Assembly: GCA_963817955.1 (NCBI GenBank)
Contig: CAWFQK010000001.1
Location: 495,117-559,116, forward strand
Length of the DNA stretch: 64,000 bases
Direction: 5' to 3'
From: an uncultured Gemmatimonadaceae bacterium
GTDB lineage: Bacteria > Gemmatimonadota > Gemmatimonadetes > Gemmatimonadales > Gemmatimonadaceae
Part shown: one piece after another, positions 22,182 to 31,794 of the stretch
Numbering within the stretch: the first letter of the stretch is position 1
Layout: every line of letters begins with the position of its first letter
The notes under the pieces: model-generated
What the model saw: only the letters and a program-made list of their open reading frames with translations
The model's database searches: none
What the model was told of the DNA's origin: nothing
Translations under genes and position numbers: made by a program

Positions 22182-23459
22182 TTACAGGACCGTCGCAGGG
22201 GCTGCCCGATATTCCCGCAGAACATCCTGGTATATCTGAAGCTGACGTTCAACTATTGCGGCGAGATTGTGGCGCCTAAAGGCAACACTCCGCGCGGTCC
22301 TGCTTAGCGATTCAGACAGATCCCGGCTCTCGAAGAGTCTCTTGACGTGATCCGCGCAGACAACATGGTCGCCGGCCGGGAAAAACAGGGCAGTCTTTCC
22401 ATCCTCAGCCAAATAGGCGCTTCCCCCATTGAACGAACACACCGAAGGTGTGCCAATGGTCATGGCCTCGGCGTGAGCGACTCCGTAGCTCTCCGCGTAG
22501 CTCGGGAATACGGCCACGGAGCTCTCAGCTAGCTCCTTGCACAACCGTGCCGCATCGATGGAGCCGAGCCAGTAAACGTTCGACTCGAGCCCGGCACGCC
22601 GGATCTCGCCGTTCAGCCACCGGATGTAACCACTCAAACGAAGGCTCTGAGCTTGATGCGCCCCGGCGATACGGATCTGAAGATTCGGAAAGTGAACGCG
22701 AAGAATTTTCGCGGCGCGAACCAGAGTGTGGAGTCCTTTATAGGGGTGGGGCGATGAGGAGGAACAAAAGATGATCGGCGCGCCGGTGAAGCTCCACGCC
22801 TCGCACGAGAGCAGTTCTTTCCTGAGTGGAATCTCGTTTTGAAAAAGCCGTGCGTCAGATTTGGCGGCAAGCGCATGCGCCGCCATCCACGGGGAGGGCG
22901 CGGTAATAAACCTGTGCTTGCTCATGATCTCTTGTTCAAATACCCCCCACTTCCTAAAAAACGCGCTTACCTGAAAAATCGTGGATCCGCGTACGATCTC
23001 CTTTGGCCCGATGCATCTTAACTGTTCGATGAGCGTCAATCCGCCGTGGTACAGCTCGGCCCAGGGTCCCTTGAGACCCTGGATCTCCAGAAGAGCCGGA
23101 TGCTTCACCACCCCTCTTGCCGTCAGCAGCCCTGGAAAGGTCTCGGCGCCCCAGACGTGAATGATATCCGGGTTGAACTGCTCTATGGCCGAGAGGTATC
23201 CGGCGACCACCTTGGTGTTTGGCAGGCCGTCTTTGCCCACCTTTCTCACCGCAGGCGCGATCCACTGGGTGACGCCCTCACCGTCCAATCGCGTCAACTC
23301 GGAGACCCTGCCAGTCGTAATGTTTCCAAGCGTGATACGACCGGAGTTCACCAGTCCGTCAGCCATCGCGTGGAGCCACGTCCCGGTAACTCCTCGGTCC
23401 ACTGGCTCGAGCACCGCGTTGCTCAACCACAGAACCCTTAGTCGGGATCCTTCAAACAT
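22182..23459 (-). CDS. GT4 glycosyltransferase
   Basis: PDIIHVWGAE, YKGL, PSYAESYGVAHAEAM. Confidence 0.82.
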   Translation of the reverse strand: MFEGSRLRVLWLSNAVLEPVDRGVTGTWLHAMADGLVNSGRITLGNITTGRVSELTRLDGEGVTQWIAPAVRKVGKDGLPNTKVVAGYLSAIEQFNPDIIHVWGAETFPGLLTARGVVKHPALLEIQGLKGPWAELYHGGLTLIEQLRCIGPKEIVRGSTIFQVSAFFRKWGVFEQEIMSKHRFITAPSPWMAAHALAAKSDARLFQNEIPLRKELLSCEAWSFTGAPIIFCSSSSPHPYKGLHTLVRAAKILRVHFPNLQIRIAGAHQAQSLRLSGYIRWLNGEIRRAGLESNVYWLGSIDAARLCKELAESSVAVFPSYAESYGVAHAEAMTIGTPSVCSFNGGSAYLAEDGKTALFFPAGDHVVCADHVKRLFESRDLSESLSRTARSVAFRRHNLAAIVERQLQIYQDVLREYRAAPATVL

Positions 23460-24282
23460 GCATCACTGGGGGTCCGGACAACCGAGATAGGCCTCGACTC
23501 AGCTTTCGTCCGAGATTCCTGAGACGCATTACCCAGGGCAAGATCGCTCGCTCAGTGCGTGTGAAATGCTTCGACTGGAACTCAGAAACCTCCAGTTGCG
23601 ACATCGCGGCGTTCGTGGACGAGAACCCCTCTGGATCCCAAACGCACACATCCACGTCAACTAGCGCGAATCGGCCATTCGCCGTCGCCACGCGAAAGAG
23701 CCACTCGCGATCCGCGATGATCCGGTAGTGCGAACTGAACTTGCCGATTCGATCGAACATCCCGCGCCGTGCGAAGACGCTTTGATGGCAAAGCGTTTCA
23801 AAAAAAAAGTATTTCTTGTCGATCTTCGCCGGCGGGCGCATAATCTCGCGCGAGCTCTTCAACACGGCGTTGCCATATAGGACATCGACTTGGGAGGGAA
23901 GCTGACTCGCGAATATGGCCTGCAGCACGTCCGGCCCGGCGAAAGTGTCGCCGCTGTTCAGGAACATGATCCAGTCTCCGCGAGCCGCCGCGACCCCCTT
24001 GTTCATCGCGTCGTAGATACCGTTGTCCTTTTCGCTTGACTGATAGTCGATCCGATCGCGGTACTGGTGGAGAACCTCGAGGGTTCCATCGGTCGATCCA
24101 CCGTCGATGACAACGAAGTCGACATGGGGATATGTCTGGTCGGCCAGGCTTTGAATAGTCGTTCTCACGGTAGCGACCGCGTTGAAGACGACCATGACCA
24201 CGGAGATGAACGGGCTTTCACCTGGATGCCTGGAAGAACTGGACCGATTGGGCGTCAGGTCGCACCTTGGTTTCGCTACCAT
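23452..24282 (-). CDS. GT2 glycosyltransferase (WcaE-like)
   Basis: ISVVMVVFN, IDGGSTDGT, EKDNGIYDAMNKG, FLNSGD, CHQS. Confidence 0.88.
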   Translation of the reverse strand: MVAKPRCDLTPNRSSSSRHPGESPFISVVMVVFNAVATVRTTIQSLADQTYPHVDFVVIDGGSTDGTLEVLHQYRDRIDYQSSEKDNGIYDAMNKGVAAARGDWIMFLNSGDTFAGPDVLQAIFASQLPSQVDVLYGNAVLKSSREIMRPPAKIDKKYFFFETLCHQSVFARRGMFDRIGKFSSHYRIIADREWLFRVATANGRFALVDVDVCVWDPEGFSSTNAAMSQLEVSEFQSKHFTRTERAILPWVMRLRNLGRKLSRGLSRLSGPPVMHV

Positions 24283-25391
24283 CAAGCCGCGATTCGGCGA
24301 TAAACCGCGAGGGTTTCTGCAGCACACCTCGCCCACGTAAACTGTTTCACTCGCTGACGGCCAAGCTCGGCAAGGGTTCGTCGGCGATCGTCTGAATAGA
24401 CCACCGACATGATCGATCGGGTCATCGCCTCGATGTCGGACGGATCGAACAACTCTCCGGCGTCGCCGATGACTTCCGGCATGGAGCTTATGTTGCTGGC
24501 CACCACCGGGCAACCGCGCGCCATCGCCTCGAGCGGCGGCAAGCCAAAGCCCTCGTAGAGCGATGGGTAGACGAAGGCTCGTGCCTCACGGTAGAGCGCG
24601 CTCAGCGAGGCATCATCTCCACTTTTATGTTCGATCGAGTTCGACAAGCCGAGGCGCTCGATCAGGTGAAGCTCCTGCGGCGAAAATGACTGGCTTCCGA
24701 ACGCAACTACCCTGAAGTCTCGGCGCAGCGACGGTGACGAAGCCACCGCCCCGAGAAAGCGTCCGAAGTTCTTGTACCCGCGCCGGTCTCCGACGTACAG
24801 AAGAAAGGGCGCGCGCGTGACGGAGTGGCTTGGCGGTCCATTGGGGGCGACATCGTCTGGAACATCGGCGCCAAGGTGGACGATCGAGACCCGTTCCTGC
24901 GGAACGCCGAGCAAACGAATGAGATCGTCGCGGGTGTTGGCTGAAATACATATGATGTGATCCGCGCGCTGAACGGCCGCCAGTTTTACGGCGACGGTCT
25001 TGTCGTAGGACGGGAACTCATCTGCGAACAACTCGTGGATCATGTCGTAGACAGTGATCACCGTTGGGGTTCCGGCCGGACCCGTTGGCTTCTTGGTGTA
25101 ATAGGTCTCGTGAACGACTTGAGGTCTCCAGAGCGACATCTGGAGACTCGCCGACCACCTATTGTACAATCGGTTGAAGTAGTACGCGTACCCCGGCAGA
25201 AAACGATCCGTATATCGGCCCCGAACGAGCGGCGTCGGTAGCTGCTGTAGATATCGGTTCCAATACAGGGGGGCGAAGACACGCGGTGTCTCGCCGAGGG
25301 CAGCGAGCTCGCGCACCAGCGACGTGTAATAGCGGGTAATCCCCCCATATTTCTGCGCCGCGAACATTTGGTAGTCGAAGGCAACCTTCAT
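24282..25391 (-). CDS. GT4 glycosyltransferase (mannosyl/rhamnosyltransferase-like)
   Basis: QKYGGITRY, TVYDMIHE, VGDRRGYKNF, PSLYEGFGLPPLEAM. Confidence 0.9.
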   Translation of the reverse strand: MKVAFDYQMFAAQKYGGITRYYTSLVRELAALGETPRVFAPLYWNRYLQQLPTPLVRGRYTDRFLPGYAYYFNRLYNRWSASLQMSLWRPQVVHETYYTKKPTGPAGTPTVITVYDMIHELFADEFPSYDKTVAVKLAAVQRADHIICISANTRDDLIRLLGVPQERVSIVHLGADVPDDVAPNGPPSHSVTRAPFLLYVGDRRGYKNFGRFLGAVASSPSLRRDFRVVAFGSQSFSPQELHLIERLGLSNSIEHKSGDDASLSALYREARAFVYPSLYEGFGLPPLEAMARGCPVVASNISSMPEVIGDAGELFDPSDIEAMTRSIMSVVYSDDRRRTLAELGRQRVKQFTWARCAAETLAVYRRIAA

Positions 25392-25416
25392 TTACGTCCC
25401 AAACGTGCCCGTGACA

Positions 25417-26337
25417 TCAGGACAGCCGTGATCGTAGGGCGCCGATCCATTGCTGCAGTCGGGACAATCGCGGAACCTGGATCTGAAATACGTGCCGATC
25501 TTCCCATTCATCCGCGGCGGCATCGCGCAAGACCCTTTCCGGATGCTTCAGCGGAAAGTTCATGGACTCCAGCGGAAGGTTGGCTCCCATGGCAGTGACG
25601 TCCTTCGTGTGCGTAGCATCTGGAGCAAACCCGATGTTGCGAACCAGATTCCTCGAAGGCGAGATGGCCAGTGCCTCACGGAGCATTGTCGCGAAAAGCC
25701 ACTGGTAATCCCATGTATCGACTTTACCGTCATACGTCGCATCAAAGATCCTCGTCCAGTAGGAGACAAAATCGCGATCGCCATCGCCGAGCCGATGAAG
25801 AAGGTCAGTTGCCCTGACACGCGGCCACTGTGTCATGGATACGTCATACTCCTGCCACGCGCGGCGCCAGGAAGCCCATCCCCAAATGCGAGTGTAACGC
25901 GTAAAGAAATAGCTGGTCTCGGGAGCGTAGTTCGAACCATGAAAATTGTTTCCCGAGACCATCATCACTTCGGAATTGGATCGATATCGCTCAAGCAGCT
26001 CTTCGCAATAAGCGAAGAAGCTAGGATCAGGGATCACGTCGTCCTCGAGAATGATTCCCTCCCCTTCCTGGTCGAAGAACCAGGTAATTCCCTGTGAAAC
26101 GGCCCGCCTGCATCCAAGATTGGCCTGTCGGAAAAGCGTAAAAACTTCACACGGCCAATCGACTGCCATAGCAATCCTCCTGGCAAGCTCGCACCGCGCG
26201 ACTTCTCCCGCCCGATCGGGCCGCGCGCCGTCCGCAGCTACATAGAGACGTGGCGGACGCGCCTGACGGATCGCTTGGAACACCTGTTCCGTGGTGTCCG
26301 GTCGGTTGAAGATCAGGAAGAGAACTGCGGTGCGCAT
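25417..26337 (-). CDS. GT-A fold nucleotide-sugar transferase (HlpA-like)
   Basis: LFLIFNRPD, VAADG, NLGC, IILEDD, WGWASWRRAW, TWDYQW, NIGF. Confidence 0.85.
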   Translation of the reverse strand: MRTAVLFLIFNRPDTTEQVFQAIRQARPPRLYVAADGARPDRAGEVARCELARRIAMAVDWPCEVFTLFRQANLGCRRAVSQGITWFFDQEGEGIILEDDVIPDPSFFAYCEELLERYRSNSEVMMVSGNNFHGSNYAPETSYFFTRYTRIWGWASWRRAWQEYDVSMTQWPRVRATDLLHRLGDGDRDFVSYWTRIFDATYDGKVDTWDYQWLFATMLREALAISPSRNLVRNIGFAPDATHTKDVTAMGANLPLESMNFPLKHPERVLRDAAADEWEDRHVFQIQVPRLSRLQQWIGALRSRLS

Positions 26338-26360
26338 ATGTCAGTATCCTGCCCCGCGAC

Positions 26361-26408
26361 GGGTGTGTCCCGAGGCTAGTTGAAATTCAGGTGATGTCGG
26401 ATGAGACG
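26361..26408. repeat. 48-bp direct repeat, copy 1 (copy 2 at 27577-27624)
   Basis: GGGTGTG[T/C]CCCGAGGCTA[G/A]TTGAAATTCAGGTGATGT[C/T]GGATGAGACG; 3 mismatches between copies. Confidence 0.9.
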
Positions 26409-26603
26409 CAGCTCACGGCGCTCGGGCCTGCCAGCCAAATCCCCAGCGAGTTCGTACGTGAACCAATGCAGACGAAAGATCACCTCAACGACCGGACATG
26501 AGCCCTGGAACAATACTGGGGGTGACGTCACACGCGCGATCGTTCCTGAGAGGCCGGGCCCGACCAGTTCCAAGCTCCTTCGGCCCGTCGCCACCGCCTT
26601 TGC

Positions 26604-27557
26604 TCACGCGAGCTCGGGAAGAAGGCGGCGGTACTCGTCGAACACACTCGCCGCATCGCTCGGAAACAATGCGATGTCGAGATAGTAGATTGGAGGCGCG
26701 CCGAACTGGGCACGGTCCGCAGCCGCGTGACGATGAATGTACCGGAGGAGCCCCTCGATGAGAACGCGCGTGTCGACCAGGCGGCCCGCTGCGATGACGA
26801 AGCCGAAGTTGTCGAAAGCGATCACTGAGCTGTATATGTCGACATCGAGCCGAGCGAGGACGTCTAGCCAGGCGACCAGCGATTCATTGCTCTCGACCTC
26901 GGCTTCAGCCCAAACAATCGGACGTCGATCGTGAAGCCACTCGAGTTCCGTTCGCAGAATATGCGCGTCGTACCCATCGGTGTCGATCTTGACCAGACTA
27001 ACGTTTGTCCCCGCGACCTGACCGATGGTGAACGTCGGCACGGGCGTGACGTTACGATCGGGTGAACACTCGCGTGGCTCGTGCAGGGCCGATATCCGAG
27101 TCGCAGCTGTACCGTGTGCCTCCTCCAATCGTAACGAGTCCGTGGCGCTTCCCACGAATGCGTTTACGCAGCGGACGCTGCCGAACAAAGCGCGATTTGC
27201 CGCCAAATTTCGTTCAAGCAGTTGGAAGTACCGCGCTGACGCCTCGACGGCGACGATTTTAGACGTGCAACCTGCCAACCTGCAGAGCGCGACAGTATCG
27301 CCGATGTTCGCCCCCACATCGACGATATTCGCGCCCGGGTAGTGCCGGGAAACGACCGCAGTGAGAAGTGGAAAGCGACGATCGTACAGCGGGTGCGACG
27401 CCTGAAACACGTCGAGCCGATGTTCGGTCGGCGCGATAAGTTCACAGACCTTCTCCACCCCGCCTGGCGCCGCTGGGAAACGAACGAGAAGGACGCGCTC
27501 GGTGGGCGCGAGACGAGCACGTGTCTTCGCGACGATGCGTTTTGCCATAGCAAGCAT
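26604..27557 (-). CDS. FkbM family methyltransferase
   Basis: IVDVGANIGD, AVEA, LVKIDTDGYD. Confidence 0.82.
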   Translation of the reverse strand: MLAMAKRIVAKTRARLAPTERVLLVRFPAAPGGVEKVCELIAPTEHRLDVFQASHPLYDRRFPLLTAVVSRHYPGANIVDVGANIGDTVALCRLAGCTSKIVAVEASARYFQLLERNLAANRALFGSVRCVNAFVGSATDSLRLEEAHGTAATRISALHEPRECSPDRNVTPVPTFTIGQVAGTNVSLVKIDTDGYDAHILRTELEWLHDRRPIVWAEAEVESNESLVAWLDVLARLDVDIYSSVIAFDNFGFVIAAGRLVDTRVLIEGLLRYIHRHAAADRAQFGAPPIYYLDIALFPSDAASVFDEYRRLLPELA

Positions 27558-27576
27558 GTCAGTTCGTCCTCGCCGG

Positions 27577-27624
27577 GGGTGTGCCCCGAGGCTAATTGAA
27601 ATTCAGGTGATGTTGGATGAGACG
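27577..27624. repeat. 48-bp direct repeat, copy 2
   Basis: Matches 26361-26408 and covers the 3' end (LIQHHLNFN*) of the GT2 gene. Confidence 0.9.
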
Positions 27625-28590
27625 GGAAATAGCGCGCCGCCCACGATGCCTCAAGCCCGCCAGTACCGCACCGCTTCGCAAGTATGCTCGTGATGTCTGA
27701 TGGAACACCCGCATCATGGGTCCCGGCACGCACGTTTCGGCGGCCGCTTGCCGGAAACGGGAGCCGACGTAGTGGTTGTCGAACAACGCCGCAAACCGCA
27801 GAAGCGTCCATGCCTTCGCCACAGAACCCAGCGGCCGGTCTGCCTTGGAAAAAAAGAACCAGATTCCAAATCGCTGGATCAACCCGTCGTACATGCGTCC
27901 CAGCTCGTCGGCATGGATTTTCTGGACGTCGCTACTCTTGATCCCGTTGTCGTCGTGATCACGCCGAAAACACAGCACCTTCGGTTCGAAGCAGCACGAC
28001 TCGAAGTACAGGACCCGATACGTATACTCAATGTCCTGGCAGCTCCGGAGCTCTTCGTCAAACATGCCGTAGCTATCGAAGAAGCTTCGCTCGACCATGA
28101 TACTGCACGCGTAGATCCACTCCCGATGAAACAGATATGGTCTGTCGCTCAATGATCCTAGCGTCTTCCAGTAATCGTCGAACCCGGGTTGACGATTGCT
28201 GTTCGCGTCAATCACGCCGACGTTGCAAATGCCTGCTTGTACCTTGCGATGTTTGATGTTGGCGACTTGGAGTTGGACATAGTCGGTGTGGAGCACGTCG
28301 TCATGGCTCAACCAGACGAAGTACTCGCCGCGCATCGCTCGAATCCCCTCGTTCAGCGCTGTGGCAACGCCACCGTTGGCCTTCTCGATATAGCGAATGC
28401 GCGATGCGTATGCCTTCGCGACGGCCTTTGTCCTACCGCCGTCCGTCGACCCGTCGTTTACCACCACCACTTCAATCGGCGAGTAGGTCTGACCAAGGGC
28501 ACTCTCGACTGCTTGGTCGAGATAGTTGGCGCCGTTGTACACCGGAATCACGACGGATACAAGCGGGTGGGAACACTCGCCAACGGGCAT
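27592..28590 (-). CDS. GT2 glycosyltransferase
   Basis: VSVVIPVYNG, VNDGSTD, NGGVATALN, WLSHDD, QDIEY. Confidence 0.88.
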   Translation of the reverse strand: MPVGECSHPLVSVVIPVYNGANYLDQAVESALGQTYSPIEVVVVNDGSTDGGRTKAVAKAYASRIRYIEKANGGVATALNEGIRAMRGEYFVWLSHDDVLHTDYVQLQVANIKHRKVQAGICNVGVIDANSNRQPGFDDYWKTLGSLSDRPYLFHREWIYACSIMVERSFFDSYGMFDEELRSCQDIEYTYRVLYFESCCFEPKVLCFRRDHDDNGIKSSDVQKIHADELGRMYDGLIQRFGIWFFFSKADRPLGSVAKAWTLLRFAALFDNHYVGSRFRQAAAETCVPGPMMRVFHQTSRAYLRSGAVLAGLRHRGRRAISRLIQHHLNFN

Positions 28591-28606
28591 GACTGATAAT
28601 GCCGCG

Positions 28607-29270
28607 TTATTCAGCCGAGCGCCCGAGCAACCGGCCCGATCGGACACGGGTTCGCAAACTGCCAAGGACTGCGTAAACCTTCCGTGGTGACGCATCCGCT
28701 AGCTTCGATGCCAGGTCATTCGGCGTTGGGTAGAGCGGAGTCAGTCCATACCGGAGTGCCATTTCCGCCAGCTCACTATGAAAGTTGGCCACCCGCTCGC
28801 CGAACGTTCCCACTTCGAGAAAGTGTTTGTACGCCTTTGCGGCAATCATCATAATAGTGGGCGAAATAAGTCGATCGGTCCTGCGGGTCGAAGTACCCGA
28901 GTCGAATCGCTTCATACAGGTTAATTCCTAGCCCCTGCGTCACCGCGAGGTCGTGTCCCTCGCTGCCCCAATCCGTTCCTTTCATGCCAGAAATTGACTG
29001 TGAAGGGATCGGACAGGTGCAGCGCCGGAGTCTACGGCGTGAGGCAGTACAGTTGTTCAGCGCGACGTGATAGCACGCCTTTGGTTTGGAGAAGACCTGA
29101 CTCAGCTCCTCAGCGGATATCCGGTTGCTCCCCCGTCCCGAGTGCCACGCATAGCACATCAAGGACCCGAAATAGACCGCATCGATGTTTGGATCGAAGA
29201 TCTCATTCACCGTGCTCTTGGAATCTCTCTTGACATGTTCGACTTCGTCGAACGCCAGCTGAGCTTCACC
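28607..29270 (-). pseudogene. Frameshifted hypothetical gene remnant
   Basis: Overlapping minus ORFs 28776-29210 and 28607-28915 join near YYDDC/AAKAY and fill a gene-sized gap in the operon; family not recognised. Confidence 0.4.
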
Positions 29271-29317
29271 CGCTTTTCAACCGACACCTGGACATACTCC
29301 CACAGCACGCTCGACAA

Positions 29318-30538
29318 TTAGCTCTGATCTTGGCTCTCACGTGCGCGGTCGGCTGCCACTCGGTCATACATCGCTATGACCTTTGGTCGTATGACCGATT
29401 GGTCTAGTCGTTCCATGACCGTGCGAGCATTGAGTTCATCGGCTCCATTCACCAAGGTATCATCCCTCAAGGCACGGCGGATGGCCAGCGCGATAGGCTC
29501 CGGATCGTCAGGCGGTACGATAAGACCCGACCTGCCATTTTCAATCCACTCGTCGGCACAACTGGTGCATGATTGAATTGGGAAAGAGCCCATTACCATT
29601 GCTTCAAGCATCGATGTACTTGCCGCATCGCTAATACTCAAGCCGATAGAAATTCTAGCACGACCATGTAGCCGTAACATCTCCTCATGGGAAACCGCGG
29701 GAATGATCTCGACGGGAATACCCGTGGCATGACTCATTAGTTGGGCGGCGATTCTAACGCCTTCATCAGCCAAGTGGACGGCGACACTGTAGCCTTTCAG
29801 TTCGTCCACGTTCAATTCGATAGCCCGCAGCCCGACCAACGCCCGCCCAGCCCAGCCTTGATACCCCTTCAAGACGATGAGGCGACGCGCGGATGTCGGT
29901 CCGGGTTGGCGAAACCTGAGCATCTGTTCGACGTCGAAACCGCCAGTGTTCGGCAAGACCGGAAGAACTTCCCCTTTGAAACCAAGTTCGCGGGCCAATG
30001 CTACATCGCGTTGGCATTCACAGTCGTAGTAGTCGCAGGCGGATAGCACGGATTTGATTCTTTCAACATGCTCGGGAAGTCGACCAAAAAGAAATATGTC
30101 ACTGCCCCAGTTCGCCACAATCCAAGGTGGGAACTTGCCAGGGAAACGCTTCCGCGCTTCTAAGGTCAAGTAGCCTGCATGTTGTATCTCAAGTGAGTGA
30201 ACAATGTCAGGATTGAGTCGTTGAATCGTATCCGCCAGCCGCCAGTCGTCAAGCAAACGCGATGGCGCATATCTCTTCACTATGCGCCTTGCAGTCTCCG
30301 CGCCTCTTGGAAAAGGCCATGAACCCACCACTTGGACACTCTTATTCAGCCCCGACGGAGGGTAACTAAGAGAACCGCTATGGATGCTCAAGTTCCGCAG
30401 TTCAGGATGGATGTTCTGATTTCGCGAAGGAAAGAGATGTAGGTCCCATCCTCGATCAGCAATCTGGTTGATCCATCGTGCCGTGTGGATGCTACCGGGC
30501 ATCGCGACAAAGAGAACACGCAGGCCGCCGCCATTCAT
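29318..30538 (-). CDS. GT4 glycosyltransferase
   Basis: SIHTARW, WGSDI, LKGYQGWAGR, SDAASTSMLEAM. Confidence 0.82.
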   Translation of the reverse strand: MNGGGLRVLFVAMPGSIHTARWINQIADRGWDLHLFPSRNQNIHPELRNLSIHSGSLSYPPSGLNKSVQVVGSWPFPRGAETARRIVKRYAPSRLLDDWRLADTIQRLNPDIVHSLEIQHAGYLTLEARKRFPGKFPPWIVANWGSDIFLFGRLPEHVERIKSVLSACDYYDCECQRDVALARELGFKGEVLPVLPNTGGFDVEQMLRFRQPGPTSARRLIVLKGYQGWAGRALVGLRAIELNVDELKGYSVAVHLADEGVRIAAQLMSHATGIPVEIIPAVSHEEMLRLHGRARISIGLSISDAASTSMLEAMVMGSFPIQSCTSCADEWIENGRSGLIVPPDDPEPIALAIRRALRDDTLVNGADELNARTVMERLDQSVIRPKVIAMYDRVAADRARESQDQS

Positions 30539-30552
30539 TTCGCTTTGTCCTC

Positions 30553-31557
30553 TCAATGATACATCCAGTTAGGATCAAGACCCTCCATGTTGAACGCATC
30601 TTTAGGCAGCGAGTAGTCCGGGACGATGACCAACTGTTTGTTGAACAGTCGGCAAAAGACAGCCTCAACCACTCTGCGTACTCTTGGACATAATGTGTAC
30701 GCATACTCCCTGAACCTACGATCGAAGAAGAACAACGGCCTATGAAAGAGCAAGCTCATCAACTCCCAGGTTAACGCTCCGCGCAAGGTTCCCTGACGCA
30801 GGAAATGGCACGAGATGTTATATGCTCCGCGTAAGGCATCTTCATAGAACGGATCCTCTGGGGGAAAGTTCTGGTGGAGAGTCTCTCTGAAGGAATCAGC
30901 AAACTCGCGCGCCTTCTTTGGAGTTTGAGTCATCTGCGCATCATGGGAACGATAGAAAGAGAGAGGTAGATTATAGTACTTGATCCGCTGAGGCCCAGCC
31001 TTGAGGATGCGTACCCATAGGTCTGTATCCGCGCCAGCATTCCTATCGGCATTCATACATCCTACTTGTTCAAGCGTCTGTCGACGAAAGAAAGTTGATG
31101 GCTGCGGTATATAATATTCGCCTCGCAGAAAGCAGGAGTAGTCAAACTTTCGAATGTTGAGTACATAGTGGTCCTCGAGGACGCGATTGTCGCCGTCAAT
31201 GAATACCATCCCGCCGGTGACAATGTTCAACCGTACATCAGAAAAGGCCTCGGCTACCACCCGAAAGACGTTGGGCATATACACGTCATCACTGCTTTGA
31301 ATAGCACAAATCTCTCCAGTGGCGCGCCTCAACCCTTTGTTGACGGCGTCCGAAAATCCTTTGTCCGGTTCACTAAACCAGACCACTTTATCGTAACGCC
31401 GAAGTATGTCGATCGTTTCGTCCGTGGAACCCCCATCGGCCACAATGAGTTCGATCGACGGATAGTCCTGCCTGAGAACACTGAGTATTGTCTGTTCAAC
31501 ATATCGTCCCTGATTGAAGGACGGCACGATAATCGAGATAGTTGGCAAAAAGGTCAC
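30553..31557 (-). CDS. GT2 glycosyltransferase
   Basis: ISIIVPSFNQG, DGGSTD, EPDKGFSDAVNKG, SSDD, PQPSTFFR. Confidence 0.88.
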   Translation of the reverse strand: MTFLPTISIIVPSFNQGRYVEQTILSVLRQDYPSIELIVADGGSTDETIDILRRYDKVVWFSEPDKGFSDAVNKGLRRATGEICAIQSSDDVYMPNVFRVVAEAFSDVRLNIVTGGMVFIDGDNRVLEDHYVLNIRKFDYSCFLRGEYYIPQPSTFFRRQTLEQVGCMNADRNAGADTDLWVRILKAGPQRIKYYNLPLSFYRSHDAQMTQTPKKAREFADSFRETLHQNFPPEDPFYEDALRGAYNISCHFLRQGTLRGALTWELMSLLFHRPLFFFDRRFREYAYTLCPRVRRVVEAVFCRLFNKQLVIVPDYSLPKDAFNMEGLDPNWMYH

Positions 31558-31693
31558 ACTGCACTCCCTCGGGCCTTCTGGCTAGTACTACAGTTGCAAG
31601 TATGCAAATGCACATTCCAACGAAATATTCTAGGTCGACTTCGATCCCGTAGAATCGCTTTCCTTATCAACGTCCCAGGTACAATATGCGGCC

Positions 31694-31794
31694 GGCCTGG
31701 GTCCCCGAAGTAGGTCCGGGGCGGAGCGCCAGTTCTTCAGCGTAGGCCTGGGTCCCCGAAGTAGGTCCGGGTCAGAGCGTCAGTTTTTCAGCGT
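31694..31794. repeat. Tandem duplication of the IS3 right end (two 50-bp copies, period 51)
   Basis: 31694-31743 and 31745-31794 both read GGCCTGGGTCCCCGAAGTAGGTCCGGG..GAGCG.CAGTT.TTCAGCGT. Confidence 0.9.
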
